A stretch of DNA of 64,000 nt, from contig DIUC01000023.1 in assembly GCA_002435785.1 (NCBI GenBank), positions 63,184-127,183 on the forward strand, read 5' to 3'. Made by a program: the position numbers and the translations under genes. The first letter of the stretch is position 1, and each line of letters opens with the position of its first letter. A model generated the notes under the pieces. The model saw only the letters and a program-made list of their open reading frames with translations, was not told where the DNA came from and did no database searches. Positions 9,709 through 20,500 of this stretch are shown here, in pieces. Origin of the DNA: Saprospiraceae bacterium UBA6168. Its GTDB lineage: Bacteria; Bacteroidota; Bacteroidia; Chitinophagales; Saprospiraceae.

Positions 9709-10017
9709 CTACCCAAGCGAAGACCTGAACCCCTCAAAATCGGTCACTGTCTGCAATAGCAAGATGCCTTCGCCCTGACAAGCTGCTTTGACATCATATT
9801 TGAAGGTCGGGAAATGTGGGTGAGGAGCATCCCTGGCAAACTGCCGGGCTATCCTCAGCCGCTCCGGTATGTCTTCCTCCACCTGCTTTTCGGTTTCCGG
9901 TTTCACCTCAACGGCTGGCTCATTTTCAGCCTTGCCGATTGCGCCTGACTGTTTTTGTTGTACAAAAAGCAGGTAGTCGAGGTAGTTGATCAATTCCTGC
10001 AAGTATTTTGGCTCCAA
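9709..10017 (-). CDS. Hypothetical protein (weak)
   Basis: 102-aa ORF. The N-terminus LQELINYLDYLLFVQQKQ resembles DUF2281-type antitoxin N-termini. No partner gene and no other support. Confidence 0.25.
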   Translation of the reverse strand: MEPKYLQELINYLDYLLFVQQKQSGAIGKAENEPAVEVKPETEKQVEEDIPERLRIARQFARDAPHPHFPTFKYDVKAACQGEGILLLQTVTDFEGFRSSLG

Positions 10018-10354
10018 TTGATGAATGAGCTTTTCGATTTCTACGGTTGCCGTGGCTTTATTTTTTTACAAGTAAAAGTATGCGACAAGAGTTCCAATGC
10101 GCTGAAGGGGGCAACAGGGAAGGTGCCCGTTATTTCTTGTTCACCTTCCCCCATCATCAGCTCCCCAATACCCCAAGTAGTCATTGGGGAAACCCTCGAT
10201 GAGGAACGCCTGCGGCCCAGCCGAAACTCGAAGAAGGTATTGGGCTTGCTCTAATTATGGCATAGTTGTACATTTTTTTCCAAGAAAAGCCCTTTTTGTC
10301 GGACGCATTTCCTTTCTGATGCCAATAGGAGCAGCATTTTTAACCCAAATCCAT

Positions 10355-10362
10355 TAGGTTTG
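10355..10362 (+). promoter_or_regulatory. Candidate -7 box (TAGGTTTG) for caspase-TPR paralogue 2
   Basis: Exact TAnnTTTG 38 nt upstream of ATG 10400. Confidence 0.35.
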
Positions 10363-10399
10363 CCAATATCTTCTTTTTATCATTAAACACGTCTCTAAC

Positions 10400-13300
10400 A
10401 TGAAAAACCCTTATTCAATGAAGCGATTGCTTTTTGCCTTCCTCCTGTTTTCAAGCATTACCGTACATTCTCAGACGAACCCGACTCTGTCAATCGGGGA
10501 GGGCAACGGAGTGGCCCGTGCGGTGGTCATCGGCATTTCCCAATACGATAACGCAGGCAACGAAGACCTCCGGTTTGCGGACCGGGATGCCGAGGTTTTT
10601 TACGACTACTTGCGTTCCAAGGCAGGCGGGAACTTGCCGGAAAACCATATCAAGTTGCTCACCAATGATATGGCCACCATTGCCTCCATTGGCATTGCCA
10701 TGAAATGGCTAAAAGATGAAACCAAGAAAGGCGACATGGCCATTTTCTATTTTTCGGGGCATGGAAAAGTGGAAACCAACCCGATTGCGGAGCACGGCTT
10801 TTTGTTGGCTTCCAACTCGCCGCCGAACAACCTGAAAAACAATTCCATAAGGATTGAGGATTTGGACGAAGACGCCAAGTTCTTGTCATCGGTGAAAGAG
10901 GCCAAGGTGATATTCATCCTGGACGCCTGTCGGTCGGGGACTATCGCCAATGTAGGCCCGACCCTCAGCCCTGAACTCCGGGGCAAGCAGAAAGAGAACG
11001 AGGTGCGCCTGCTTTCCTGCAAGGCCGACCAACTGTCATTGGAAGATACGGCTTGGGGGCAGGGTAGGGGGCTGTTTTCCTACTACCTCGTGAACGGACT
11101 AACGGGCTTGGCAGATGCGCAAGGCGATGGGGTCGTCACCTTGGAAGAACTGAAAGAATACCTGACGGCGAACATAAAAAAAGCGCTGGCGGATGGGAAT
11201 TATAGCCATCGGCAAACCCCGGTTTTTGTGGGCGAGGATGAAACGTTCGAGTTGGCGAGGGTGGACGAGCCTTCCTTGCTTGCCTTGCAGGAATCGCTCA
11301 AAAACCAGCAGGATGAACATACGGGTATGGCCATGGTCGCAACCTCCAGCGGGGTCGGCAAAGGCACTTCGGTTGCCGACGACGAGCAGCTTATGGAGGA
11401 CCGAGCCATTGCTGCTTATCTGAAAGCGTTGGATTTAAGCCAGTTGGCTGCCAGCGATGATTTTAATAGGGCGCTGGAAAGCAAGGAGGACTTGCTTCAA
11501 TATATCCTATCGCACAGAAACGCCAGTTTTACCGCCGATTCGCCGGAACTGAAAGCGGGGGAAGCTGCCTTTAACCAATTGGCGCAGAGTGGGGAAAAAG
11601 ACATGGAGGCAAGCACCCAATTGTCCAATTTCATAGCCATAGAACTGCACAACCAGGTGCAAGCTGGCATCAACCGCTACCTGAGCGGCGACCTTGAAGA
11701 ACTTGCCCTGCGTCAGTTGAAAAACAAAATTGGCGAGTTCGGTAAATATCCAAGGTTGATGAAGGCAATCATGTTGATGATTGAGCCAGACCAGGTGCTA
11801 TACCGTCAATTGGAGGTGAATTACCACTATTGCAATGGCGTATATGCAAGGCTGAACAAGCAGTTGGGGCATATCCCTACTGACCCGAACGACGACCCAT
11901 TGACCCACCAAGAAAAGGCACTTGCCCTTGACGGGAAAGCATCCTATGTTCACAATGAAATGGGGCTTATTTACTTGATGTCCAATGACCTCGAAAATGC
12001 CGAAAAGCATTTTGTCAGCGCTGCCGAGCTTGCTCCGGGCTGGGCGTTGCCACCTGCCAATTTGAGCATCGTTTACAGTGCGCAAAATAAACCGGAACAG
12101 GCAGCCGCCAGTGCCAACAAAGCCGCTGAACTGCAACCGGACTACTATGCGTCTTATACCACTTTGGGCAAAATAGCGCTAAACAAAAAGGACTATCTCC
12201 GAGCCGAAACCATGTACAAAAAGGCCATTGAACGGAACAAAGCCCATTTTTTGGCCTACCAGAAATTTGGTGAGGTATGCCTTGCGACCACCCGCTACGT
12301 CGAGGCGGAAAGGAATTTCCAAATCGCTGACAGTTTGTTTGCCAATGTTCCCTCAGCTCCTACCATGGATTTTACAACGGCTGCGACCCAAACTATAGTT
12401 TGGGATAGGCCGCTGCCCATCAGCGTTGTTGATTATCCCCTCCATGCCAACCCCAAGACCGTGAAGGAATGGATGAACAATGGGGAGGCTTATTTTAAAT
12501 TGGGCAATTATGCCGAAGCGGAAATGAGCCTGCGCAAGGTGGTGGAACTTGAACCCAAGCATCCGAAGGTATATGAACTATTAGGGCAGACCCTACTTGC
12601 GCAGGGCCGCTATGAGGAAGCAGCGCTATGTATTGAAAGATTGATGAAGATGCGGCCCAAAGAGCCAGCGCTGAAGCTGCTGTATGCTGATGTTTATCAA
12701 AAACAGGGTCGTTGGGTGGAGGAAGAAGCGATATACAGAAGTCTTATCAACGTCAAGGACACGCTCGTGAATTTGAGAAGCGATGCTTTCATAAGGCTGA
12801 TACAATTGGCGGAAAGGCAGGAGCGCTATTGGGAACAAGAGCAATTGATGATAGAATATGAGGCGCTGTTCGGCGCAAACCCCTCGGTCAACCGCCTTGA
12901 TTTTTATGAAAAAATGGTTCAACAGCATCCCGGAAACCTCGATTGGCTGAGCAAGCAGGCGAACTTTTATGAAAGCCAAAATAATAGTACATGGGCCTGC
13001 GGCATTTATCGGCAAATTCTCCAAAAGGATTCCTTGTGGGAGGGTTCGGGATATATGCACGCAAGAATCGGCTACAATGCCAGCGAGGATAGCATTGCCA
13101 TTTCGCATTTTTATGCGGCCATTCGGCACCTGCCGGGCTTGAGTTCCCCCAAGCTTGACCTTGCTCGCATCTACCACCAGCAATTGGCGTTTGACCAAGA
13201 AATCACCGTCTTGGAAGATATGCTGAACAGCGGCCAGATTGACTTTGAACGCCGCCTCCACCTTGCGGATTTGTACATGCTTTCCAACCGCTACGACGAA

Positions 13301-13621
13301 GCGGACAGCTTGCTCATCACTGCCGAAAAAATCAGGCTGGAAGAAGTGGTTGGATTGAACGAACTGCGTGGGAAATTGGACCTGCTCCGAGGCCAACCCA
13401 AAACCGCCATCGGGTTCTACGACAAGGTACTTGCCTCCAAATCCGTCAACAACCCAGCCGAAATCTATTTCACCATCGCTCGCCTGTATGCTTGGGCCGG
13501 CAACAAAGACCAAGCATGGAAATGGCTGCAAAAAGCCATTGCGGGCGGCTTCAAATACAAGTTGGTGGTTCGGAATGACGAAACTTGGAAGGATTACCCA
13601 CAACGGTTGGATACGGAATAG
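10400..13621 (+). CDS. Secreted caspase-family (peptidase C14) protein with a long TPR array (paralogue 2)
   Basis: Signal peptide MKRLLFAFLLFSSITVHSQ. IFYFSGHGK and FILDACRSGT. ~750 aa of TPR-like repeats. Collinear with 17591-20902. Confidence 0.85.
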   Translation: MKNPYSMKRLLFAFLLFSSITVHSQTNPTLSIGEGNGVARAVVIGISQYDNAGNEDLRFADRDAEVFYDYLRSKAGGNLPENHIKLLTNDMATIASIGIAMKWLKDETKKGDMAIFYFSGHGKVETNPIAEHGFLLASNSPPNNLKNNSIRIEDLDEDAKFLSSVKEAKVIFILDACRSGTIANVGPTLSPELRGKQKENEVRLLSCKADQLSLEDTAWGQGRGLFSYYLVNGLTGLADAQGDGVVTLEELKEYLTANIKKALADGNYSHRQTPVFVGEDETFELARVDEPSLLALQESLKNQQDEHTGMAMVATSSGVGKGTSVADDEQLMEDRAIAAYLKALDLSQLAASDDFNRALESKEDLLQYILSHRNASFTADSPELKAGEAAFNQLAQSGEKDMEASTQLSNFIAIELHNQVQAGINRYLSGDLEELALRQLKNKIGEFGKYPRLMKAIMLMIEPDQVLYRQLEVNYHYCNGVYARLNKQLGHIPTDPNDDPLTHQEKALALDGKASYVHNEMGLIYLMSNDLENAEKHFVSAAELAPGWALPPANLSIVYSAQNKPEQAAASANKAAELQPDYYASYTTLGKIALNKKDYLRAETMYKKAIERNKAHFLAYQKFGEVCLATTRYVEAERNFQIADSLFANVPSAPTMDFTTAATQTIVWDRPLPISVVDYPLHANPKTVKEWMNNGEAYFKLGNYAEAEMSLRKVVELEPKHPKVYELLGQTLLAQGRYEEAALCIERLMKMRPKEPALKLLYADVYQKQGRWVEEEAIYRSLINVKDTLVNLRSDAFIRLIQLAERQERYWEQEQLMIEYEALFGANPSVNRLDFYEKMVQQHPGNLDWLSKQANFYESQNNSTWACGIYRQILQKDSLWEGSGYMHARIGYNASEDSIAISHFYAAIRHLPGLSSPKLDLARIYHQQLAFDQEITVLEDMLNSGQIDFERRLHLADLYMLSNRYDEADSLLITAEKIRLEEVVGLNELRGKLDLLRGQPKTAIGFYDKVLASKSVNNPAEIYFTIARLYAWAGNKDQAWKWLQKAIAGGFKYKLVVRNDETWKDYPQRLDTE

Positions 13622-13648
13622 CCGGATGCTGGGCAATATTGGTCAGAA

Positions 13649-13736
13649 GGGATTTCTAAGCTCGAAGAGATTGGAAAGCCCGGTAGTTGATTAGCCCGGC
13701 AGTTCAGGCTTAGAAATCCCTATCGGGCTTTCCAAT
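13649..13736. repeat. Palindromic element, family 'GGGATTTCTAAGC / ATTGGAAAGCCC', arms interleaved (A-B-A'-B')
   Basis: A 13649-13661 pairs with A' 13708-13720. B 13670-13682 pairs with B' 13724-13736. All four are perfect 13-mers. The same arms recur at 43564-43647. Confidence 0.8.
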
Positions 13737-13862
13737 CCTTTTGCAAACACTTGTTTTTTTCAAAGCGCAAAAAAAATATTCCCTCCACTGATAACCATTC
13801 GTGATACCCGGTATTGATGGTCATAAAACGATTCAATTTTATCACTTTTCAATCTCGATGTC

Positions 13863-14300
13863 ATGAAAACGAACGCATTTTTCTTCGCTGCTTTTTGCTT
13901 TTTCTTATTGGTAAACGTCCCTTTTTGCGAAGCGCAAAAAATCAATAGCTGGAAGGGCGGCACGCCCGGACAGGAGGCCAATTGGAGCTGCGCCAAGAAC
14001 TGGAGCGCCAACCGGGTGCCCGATGCTTTCCAAAACGTCATCATCCCCGATGTTTCCAGCGGTTCGGGGGTTTATCCAACCATCAAGGACGGTGGGTTGG
14101 AAGTAAACGCACTTATCCTGGAGTCGGGCGCTGCGCTCGAAATAGCAAAAAAAGGTTCGCTATCCGTCATCACGACGCTTGAGCGATATGGTTCTGGCGA
14201 AATGGAGGTGAACGGTGCCTTGTTTGTACCATCCAGCACCTATGCGGCGGGCATGTTGCTCCACACATCGGCAGCAATGGTCGCCATGCGTTCCAAATAA
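13863..14300 (+). CDS. Small secreted hypothetical protein
   Basis: Signal peptide MKTNAFFFAAFCFFLLVNVPFCEAQ. WKGGTPGQEANWSCAKNWSANRVP motif. Followed by terminator 14399-14422. Confidence 0.45.
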   Translation: MKTNAFFFAAFCFFLLVNVPFCEAQKINSWKGGTPGQEANWSCAKNWSANRVPDAFQNVIIPDVSSGSGVYPTIKDGGLEVNALILESGAALEIAKKGSLSVITTLERYGSGEMEVNGALFVPSSTYAAGMLLHTSAAMVAMRSK

Positions 14301-14398
14301 ATTGCCAAATGAAGCATCATTAATATCGTTTTGAACAGTTTCTCTGGATTTAGCAGGTTTTTCCGAGTTTTTCTTTGCATAACTAATCATAAGGAAGT

Positions 14399-14422
14399 CC
14401 CCGGCAGAAAAGTGTGCCGGGG
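14399..14422 (+). terminator. Rho-independent terminator
   Basis: ccccggca gaaaagtg tgccgggg followed by cttttt. Confidence 0.65.
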
Positions 14423-14427
14423 CTTTT

Positions 14428-14435
14428 TAACTTTG
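14428..14435 (+). promoter_or_regulatory. Candidate -7 box (TAACTTTG) for the ECF sigma operon
   Basis: Exact TAnnTTTG 31 nt upstream of ATG 14466, immediately after the terminator. Confidence 0.35.
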
Positions 14436-14465
14436 AGCGTTTGCTAAAACGCCTAATCACTTTTT

Positions 14466-15041
14466 ATGCAAGAGATTACTATTGACGGTGCTTACCTGGC
14501 CGAACTTCGCAAGGGGTCGCCCAAGGCTTTCGAGGAATTGTACAGCCGCTACTTCCGAATGGTGGAGGACATGGTCTTCAAGTTCAATGGGGGCACGGAG
14601 GATGCACGGGATGTTTTTCAGGAGGCGCTGTTCGTCTTCGTGAAAAAGCTGCGGGAACCTGAGTTTGTGCTGACCAGCAAGGCCAGCACTTATATATATG
14701 CCATCGCCCGCAACCTATACCTCAAGAAAGCAGGCAAGGCCACCGTGGAAATCAGCATGGACCAGCAGCAGTTCAGCTTTTTTGGAGAAAAAGAAAGTGC
14801 CGAAACTGGCATGTCGCCCACCGAAAAGGACGCCATGCTGACCATGATGGACGATAAGCTGGGCCAATTGGAGGAGGACTGCCGCTCCGTCATTATATAC
14901 TCGTTTTACCAAGGGCTTTCCCATGCGCAAATCGCAGGATTGACGGGGTACACCGAGGCATTTGTCAAAGTCAAAAAATTCCGGTGCTTAGAGTACCTGC
15001 GCAAGTTAGTCAAGGCCACGGACATTTTCAAAAACCTATAG
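14466..15041 (+). CDS. ECF-type RNA polymerase sigma-70 family factor
   Basis: Region 2-like FEELYSRYFRMVEDMVFKF...DVFQEALFVFVKKL. Region 4 HTH SHAQIAGLTGYTEAFVKVKKFRCLEYLRKL. Confidence 0.85.
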   Translation: MQEITIDGAYLAELRKGSPKAFEELYSRYFRMVEDMVFKFNGGTEDARDVFQEALFVFVKKLREPEFVLTSKASTYIYAIARNLYLKKAGKATVEISMDQQQFSFFGEKESAETGMSPTEKDAMLTMMDDKLGQLEEDCRSVIIYSFYQGLSHAQIAGLTGYTEAFVKVKKFRCLEYLRKLVKATDIFKNL

Positions 15042-15044
15042 CGC

Positions 15045-15869
15045 ATGGAAAATAACGCTTACATAGAACGAATCCACCGATACCTTGCCGGGAGGATGAA
15101 CGATGCCGAAAAGGTCGAGTTTGAGCAGGAAATGAGCAACAACGGTGAGTTGGCGGAAGCCGTAAAAACTGAGGAGAAACTGCTGTTGGGCCTAACATTG
15201 GTTGGTGACGAAGCACTGAAAAAAGTCATCGCCAACACCGATGAGCGCTTAGCGGGCCAGCAATTTTTTAAAAAAGGAAAAATCATTTCATTGTCATCAT
15301 CATCAAATAGCTTTATCATGAAAAAGATGCTTTCCATCGCAGCTGCGGCTGTGGTACTTTTCGGCTTAGTTTGGTGGGGTTTCTTCCGCCAAGGGCCTGC
15401 TACTCCGAATGCCGACCAGCTTTTCGCCGACAACTTCAAGCCGGAAACCGCCAAGTCCACCGCCATTGCGGATGCACTCGCCAACAGCGGCATGGTGGAT
15501 TCGATGGACACCCAGGACAGCCTCCGGGAAGCCCTCGTGCTGTACAACAAAGGCCAGTACAAGGATGCCTGTGTGGCGCTCGACACCTTTCTGGTGTACC
15601 ACCCCACCAACGACACGGCGCAGTTTTACCTCGGCATGTCGCACCTCAACGACTCCCGGTACGCACGGGCCATCGAAGTGCTGGAACCTATCACGGTGTC
15701 CGAAACCTCGCCCTTCAAGCTCGATGCGATGTGGTACCTCGGCCTCTGCTACTTCAAGGTGGACGGCGGCTTTGCCAAGGCCGAGGAAATCTTCACCCAA
15801 CTGGCCAGCAACCCCGAAAGCAAAGACCAGCAATCGGCCAAAGGGATTCTGCACCTGATTGGGCATTGA
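15045..15869 (+). CDS. Putative anti-sigma factor: N-terminal anti-sigma helix, one TM, extracytoplasmic TPR-like domain
   Basis: Starts 4 nt after the sigma stop. IERIHRYLAGRMNDAEKVEFEQEM, TM LSIAAAAVVLFGLVWWGFF. The outside domain is homologous to the cyclase sensor domain (see findings). Confidence 0.65.
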   Translation: MENNAYIERIHRYLAGRMNDAEKVEFEQEMSNNGELAEAVKTEEKLLLGLTLVGDEALKKVIANTDERLAGQQFFKKGKIISLSSSSNSFIMKKMLSIAAAAVVLFGLVWWGFFRQGPATPNADQLFADNFKPETAKSTAIADALANSGMVDSMDTQDSLREALVLYNKGQYKDACVALDTFLVYHPTNDTAQFYLGMSHLNDSRYARAIEVLEPITVSETSPFKLDAMWYLGLCYFKVDGGFAKAEEIFTQLASNPESKDQQSAKGILHLIGH

Positions 15870-15921
15870 GGGGCCGCTCGTTTTCCAAACATTTTTCACC
15901 ACTACTTTCACCACCATTGCT

Positions 15922-17502
15922 ATGCATATAGTCAAAACTGCTTTGGCCGTCGCCTTGGCCTTTGCTGGCGCAATGGGCAGGGCGACCGCTTCCCCCTACG
16001 CCGCCGCAACGCCGCCCATTGCGCAGCAAATATTGGACAAGCTCTATTTAGCCGCTGGGCAGTTTGGGGTGAAAAAGCCAAGCCTCGAAATGTCCAAGGA
16101 GAACAAGAAAGTGGCCGCCTATTACCCCGCCCGCAACACCATCGTGCTGGACGAAAAGACCTACCAACTCTGCCGCTCGATGGGCAAGGACTCCAGCAAA
16201 GCACTGGCATTTGTGCTTGGCCACGAGCTGTCACATGCTTTTCAGAAGGAGGTGTCGAAAACCAAGTCGGGCACCAACTTCCTCAGCTACGACCAGACCT
16301 ACAAGGTGGATACTCGGACGGAAAAAACGGCTGACATCAACGGCGTGTTCACTGCTTTTTTGGCGGGCTACCGGCTTTCCGACGTGGTGCCGACGCTGCT
16401 GCCGAAGCTCTACGATGCCTACGGCCTCACTGGCCGCACCCTCCGTGGCTACCCCAGCCTCGAAGAGCGCAGCCAGTCGGCCAAGGAGGTGCTCGACATC
16501 ACTGACCAACTGATTGACCTCTACGAAACGAGCAGCTACCTGTTGGCCGCAGGCTACTATGACCTGGCCGCCACCAACTACGAGTACATCCTGCAATACT
16601 ACCAGGGCCGGGAGATGTTCAACAACCTCGGCGTGATGTACCTCTTCCAAGCCCTGGAATATTACCAGCCGCAGACCGACCGCTTCGTTTTCCCCATCGA
16701 AGTTGACGCTGCCACGCAGCTCAAGAAGATAGACAAGGCAAGGGGGCCTCAGGAGCTTTCCTTGCAGGAAAAGTTGGTCAGGATGCAACTGCTGAACAAG
16801 GCAGCCAAACATTTCATGCAGGCCATTTTATTGGACGAGAACTACCTGACCGCCAAGCTGAACTATGTGTGCGCCCTTGCCTTGCAGCAAAAACAACAGG
16901 AGGCACTGGCCTATTTTCAAAAAAAGAAACTCCAAAAAACTGCTTCAAAAAGCAAGGCCGAAGCCGATAAATTCAAGCTGATGGAGGCCATTCTCCGTGC
17001 GTTGTCGAACGACAAACGTAATGCAGAAGCGGGTTTCTACCATTTGCAAATATCCAAGAGCCAGCCCGTGGCCGTGGCCGCCCGCTACAACCTTGATGTG
17101 GTTCAGGGCAGGATAGCCATCACCTTGCCGGAGCATGAGTTCCAGTTTCCAGCACAGTTCACAACCCTGATGAAGGGCATGAAAATGGGGCGGATGAGCC
17201 AGCTCGAACCATTAGTCTTGAATGAAAAAGGCGACCTCGTTCGACACTTAACCGAAGCCGGCACGGAGACGTTTTCCTTCGGAAACAACCGGGGCAACGT
17301 GCTGACCATCATCCGGTTCAAGAACAAAATGGCCGGGGACATTGACCTGCTGGAACTGACGGAATCGCTCGACCGGTCGTTTTTTTACAACCTCGTCAGC
17401 ACCAACAGCGGCTACTTTTTGACCTCGGACAAGGACGGCATCATCATAAAAGTGACCAACGACGGGAAGGTGGAGGAGATGGCGAAGGTGATAAAGCATT
17501 GA
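15922..17502 (+). CDS. Secreted HExxH metallopeptidase-like protein with TPR repeats (paralogue 2)
   Basis: Start at ATG 15922 (MHIVKTALAVALAFAGAMG signal) inside the TTG-initiated ORF 15859. GKDSSKALAFVLGHELSHAFQKE, then TEKTADINGV 33 aa after the first His. TPR-like region follows. Confidence 0.6.
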   Translation: MHIVKTALAVALAFAGAMGRATASPYAAATPPIAQQILDKLYLAAGQFGVKKPSLEMSKENKKVAAYYPARNTIVLDEKTYQLCRSMGKDSSKALAFVLGHELSHAFQKEVSKTKSGTNFLSYDQTYKVDTRTEKTADINGVFTAFLAGYRLSDVVPTLLPKLYDAYGLTGRTLRGYPSLEERSQSAKEVLDITDQLIDLYETSSYLLAAGYYDLAATNYEYILQYYQGREMFNNLGVMYLFQALEYYQPQTDRFVFPIEVDAATQLKKIDKARGPQELSLQEKLVRMQLLNKAAKHFMQAILLDENYLTAKLNYVCALALQQKQQEALAYFQKKKLQKTASKSKAEADKFKLMEAILRALSNDKRNAEAGFYHLQISKSQPVAVAARYNLDVVQGRIAITLPEHEFQFPAQFTTLMKGMKMGRMSQLEPLVLNEKGDLVRHLTEAGTETFSFGNNRGNVLTIIRFKNKMAGDIDLLELTESLDRSFFYNLVSTNSGYFLTSDKDGIIIKVTNDGKVEEMAKVIKH

Positions 17503-17590
17503 GTGCTAAATAATTGCTCGAATTCCCTTCCAATTAACGAGTTTTGTCAGTGAAAAGAAGCCCTAAAAATTCTTCCTACAAAACTTCAAG

Positions 17591-20500
17591 ATGAGAAACA
17601 TTCTACTGCTTACCCTTTGCCTTTTCAGCCATTTCCTGCTGGCGCAAATCACCCCTCGCACTGGTACAGACGACGGCGCACAACCCCTGCGGGTAGGGGA
17701 GGGCAACGAGACCCGTGCCCTCATCATTGGCATTTCCGATTACAAGGACGACGGCATCGGCGACTTGCGCTTCGCAAACAGGGATGCGGAAATCTTCGCT
17801 AGCTACCTGCAATCTGAGGCGGGCGGCGCCCTGCCAGACGTGAACATCTGGCGCATGACCAATCAGGAAGCCACCCTCGGTGCCATAGACAATGCCCTCG
17901 ACTGGCTGATAAAAGAAACCAAAAAAGGCGACAAGGTCATCATCTATTTCAGCGGCCACGGCGACGTGGAGCGCCGCACCCTGTGGCAGCGGGGCTACCT
18001 ACTGGTGTACGATACCCCTGCCAACAACTTCCGCAACAACGCCGTGCGGGTGGAGGAGCTCGACGAAATCGTAAAGACACTTTCTGTGGGAAACGAGGCC
18101 AAAGTCGTCGTCATCCTCGACGCCTGCCGCTCTGGCAAACTGGCGACCGCAGGGCCCCAGCTCACCGCCGAACAGCTCGAAAAACAGGTGGAAAACGAGG
18201 TGCGCATCCTCTCCTGCAAGCCCGACCAGAAGTCGCTTGAAAGCGAACTGTGGGGTGAGGGCCGGGGACTTTTTTCCTTTTATTTGGTGAATGGGCTGAA
18301 AGGCTTGGCCGACAAGGGCAGCTTCCCCGACAACGTGGTGACCTTCGACGAACTGCGGGAGTACATCAAAACCAACATGGACAAGGCGCTGAGCGACCCC
18401 GCAATCACGGCTCGCCAAAACCCCGTATTCGTGGGCGACGAGACTTTCGAATTGGCGGAGGTGCGCCCAGATATGTTGGCCGAAGCCTCCCAAGAGATGG
18501 GCCTTGCAATGGCCTCGCCTGCTGGCGCAAGTGGCAAGGGCGTGGTAGAAAAATCTCCTGGCGCTCCCAGCCCCGGCAAGGACGATGCGCTCATCCAGTT
18601 TACACAGGCCGTTGATTTGGGAAAACTGACTGAAGACCCCAGCTTTAAAATCGCCGTGGAAGCCGCAGACCCAGCGGTTTTGCTGCGCTTTTTTACCCAA
18701 AAAATAAGAACCGTTGAGGATGAAAACGGGGCAAACGAAGTGTCGAAGGACGCCAAATCTGCTTTTTTGAGTGCGATTGAACGGGCGGAGAACGATGCCC
18801 CATTGCGCCAGCAACTCCAACAACTGCTGGCCGCACGGCTGCACGACCAAGTGCAGGAGGTCATCAGCGACTACTTGCGTGGCGACGCACGGGAACTCGA
18901 TAAACGCCACTACGCCGACCAAGCGGAAAAATACGTTCAATACCCGCTGATGCTCCGGGCAGCCATGCAGTTGTTGCCAAAAAGCCACCTGCTCTACCGA
19001 AAGGTGGAGGTGAAGTATTATTACTTTGACGGCGTCTGCACCCGCTTGGCCAGCCTGATGTCCGAAGACCACATGTCTAAGATACCGGAGGCGCTGGAAA
19101 AACAAAAAAAGGCGCTGGCATTGGACGACAAAGCCGCCTACATCCATAACGAACTGGGCCTGCTACATTGGATGCAAAAGGACTTGAAAGCGGCGAAGTC
19201 GCATTTTGAGACCGCTGCCGAACTTGCCCCAAACTGGGCGCTGCCATTAGCCAACCTGTGCGCCCTGCTCCTAGAAACAGGGGATTTTGCGAAGTCCGAG
19301 GAGTACGGAAAAAGGGCACAGGCACTGCAACCGGATTATTTTGGAACTTACGTCAACCTTGGTTATTTGGCGGAAAAACAGCACGACCTGTTGAAGGCCG
19401 AAACATTGTACCGCAAGGCTCGCTCCCTGAACGACCCGCACTACCTGCCCTTCGAGCGGCGGGCCTATTTGCAGATCGAAACGGCCCGCTACAAAGAGGC
19501 CGACTGGCAATTCCTGGAGATGGAGCTTCGCAAACAGGGGACGGTGGCGCCATTGAAACGGTTCACGGTGGTAGCTTCCCCGGAGTTTAATATTTATCCC
19601 GATTTCGAGTACCCAAGCCTCTCGGGGCCAGGCGTCGTCCACAAAAAGCCGAAGACGGCGGAGGAGTTTTTTATGACGGGCAAGGCGTATTTTGAACAGG
19701 AACAACCCGATAAGGCGGAGCCGTTCTTCCGGCAAGCCATGCGGTTGGCCCCCAACCACCTCGAAGTGTTTTATTACCTCGGCAAAATATGTTATGACCA
19801 AAGGCGGTACGAAGAAGCCGAACTGTATTTCGGGCGGTTGGTGAGACTGCGCCCGGAGGTGGAGTTCATGCCGTTTTTCTTGGCCGAAGTTTACAGGGAC
19901 TGGCAACGGCCAGTGGAGGAGGAGGCGATTTATCGCAAGTTCATCAACCAAAGTAAGAACGAGGACGTGTTGCGAACAGCCTACCTGTCGCTCAGCAAGC
20001 TGATGAACGGACAAGGACGCTACCCAGAACAAGAATTGTTGCTCTGGAAATTCTTCGAAATTGATAGGAAACCGGCAAGGGGTGAACTCTCCATGTTTTA
20101 TTATTCCATGGTCCAGCTTTTTCCAAACAACCCCGACTGGCTGTACCGACAGGCCAACTATCAGTACCATCATGCCGGCCATGCTTTGGGCGTGTGGACC
20201 ATGAAGGAGTTGGTGAAAATAGACAGCACCTATCCTGCGAATGCTTTTATCCATGCCCGGGTCGGCAAGTATTATTTGGAATATGGCGAGCAACCCTACC
20301 TCAACGAAACGGATGAAAGATGGCAAAACGACATACCCAAAGCCATCGCCCATTTGGAGCAATCCGTCCGGCTGGCGCCTACCTTGCCTACGGCAAAATA
20401 CGAACTTGCCACGGCCTACCTATTGTTGTTCCGATACGCTGAGGCGCTGGCCCTGCTGGAAAGCTTGCGGGACTCCAACGACCTGCACACCGCAAGCCGC

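Noticed and set aside
9709-10399. Toxin-antitoxin reading of ORF 9709-10017 (DUF2281-like N-terminus) and possible gene remnants up to 10260
   Set aside because: No partner toxin ORF exists on either side, and the resemblance is limited to ~18 aa. It is kept only as a low-confidence hypothetical ORF.
15366-16029. Overlapping ORFs 15366-15935 (-), 15371-15931 (+), 15409-15858 (+) and 15793-16029 (-)
   Set aside because: These are alternative frames of the anti-sigma and metallopeptidase genes. The annotated frames are supported by homology to the cyclase sensor domain and to the paralogue at 7947-9698.
17999-20362. 382-aa and 363-aa minus-strand ORFs (17999-19147, 19271-20362); likewise 12626-13636 (336 aa) and 18280-18864
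   Set aside because: These are antisense shadows within the caspase-TPR genes, whose own frames carry clear motifs and paralogue support. The shadow ORFs have no signal, motif or sensible composition.
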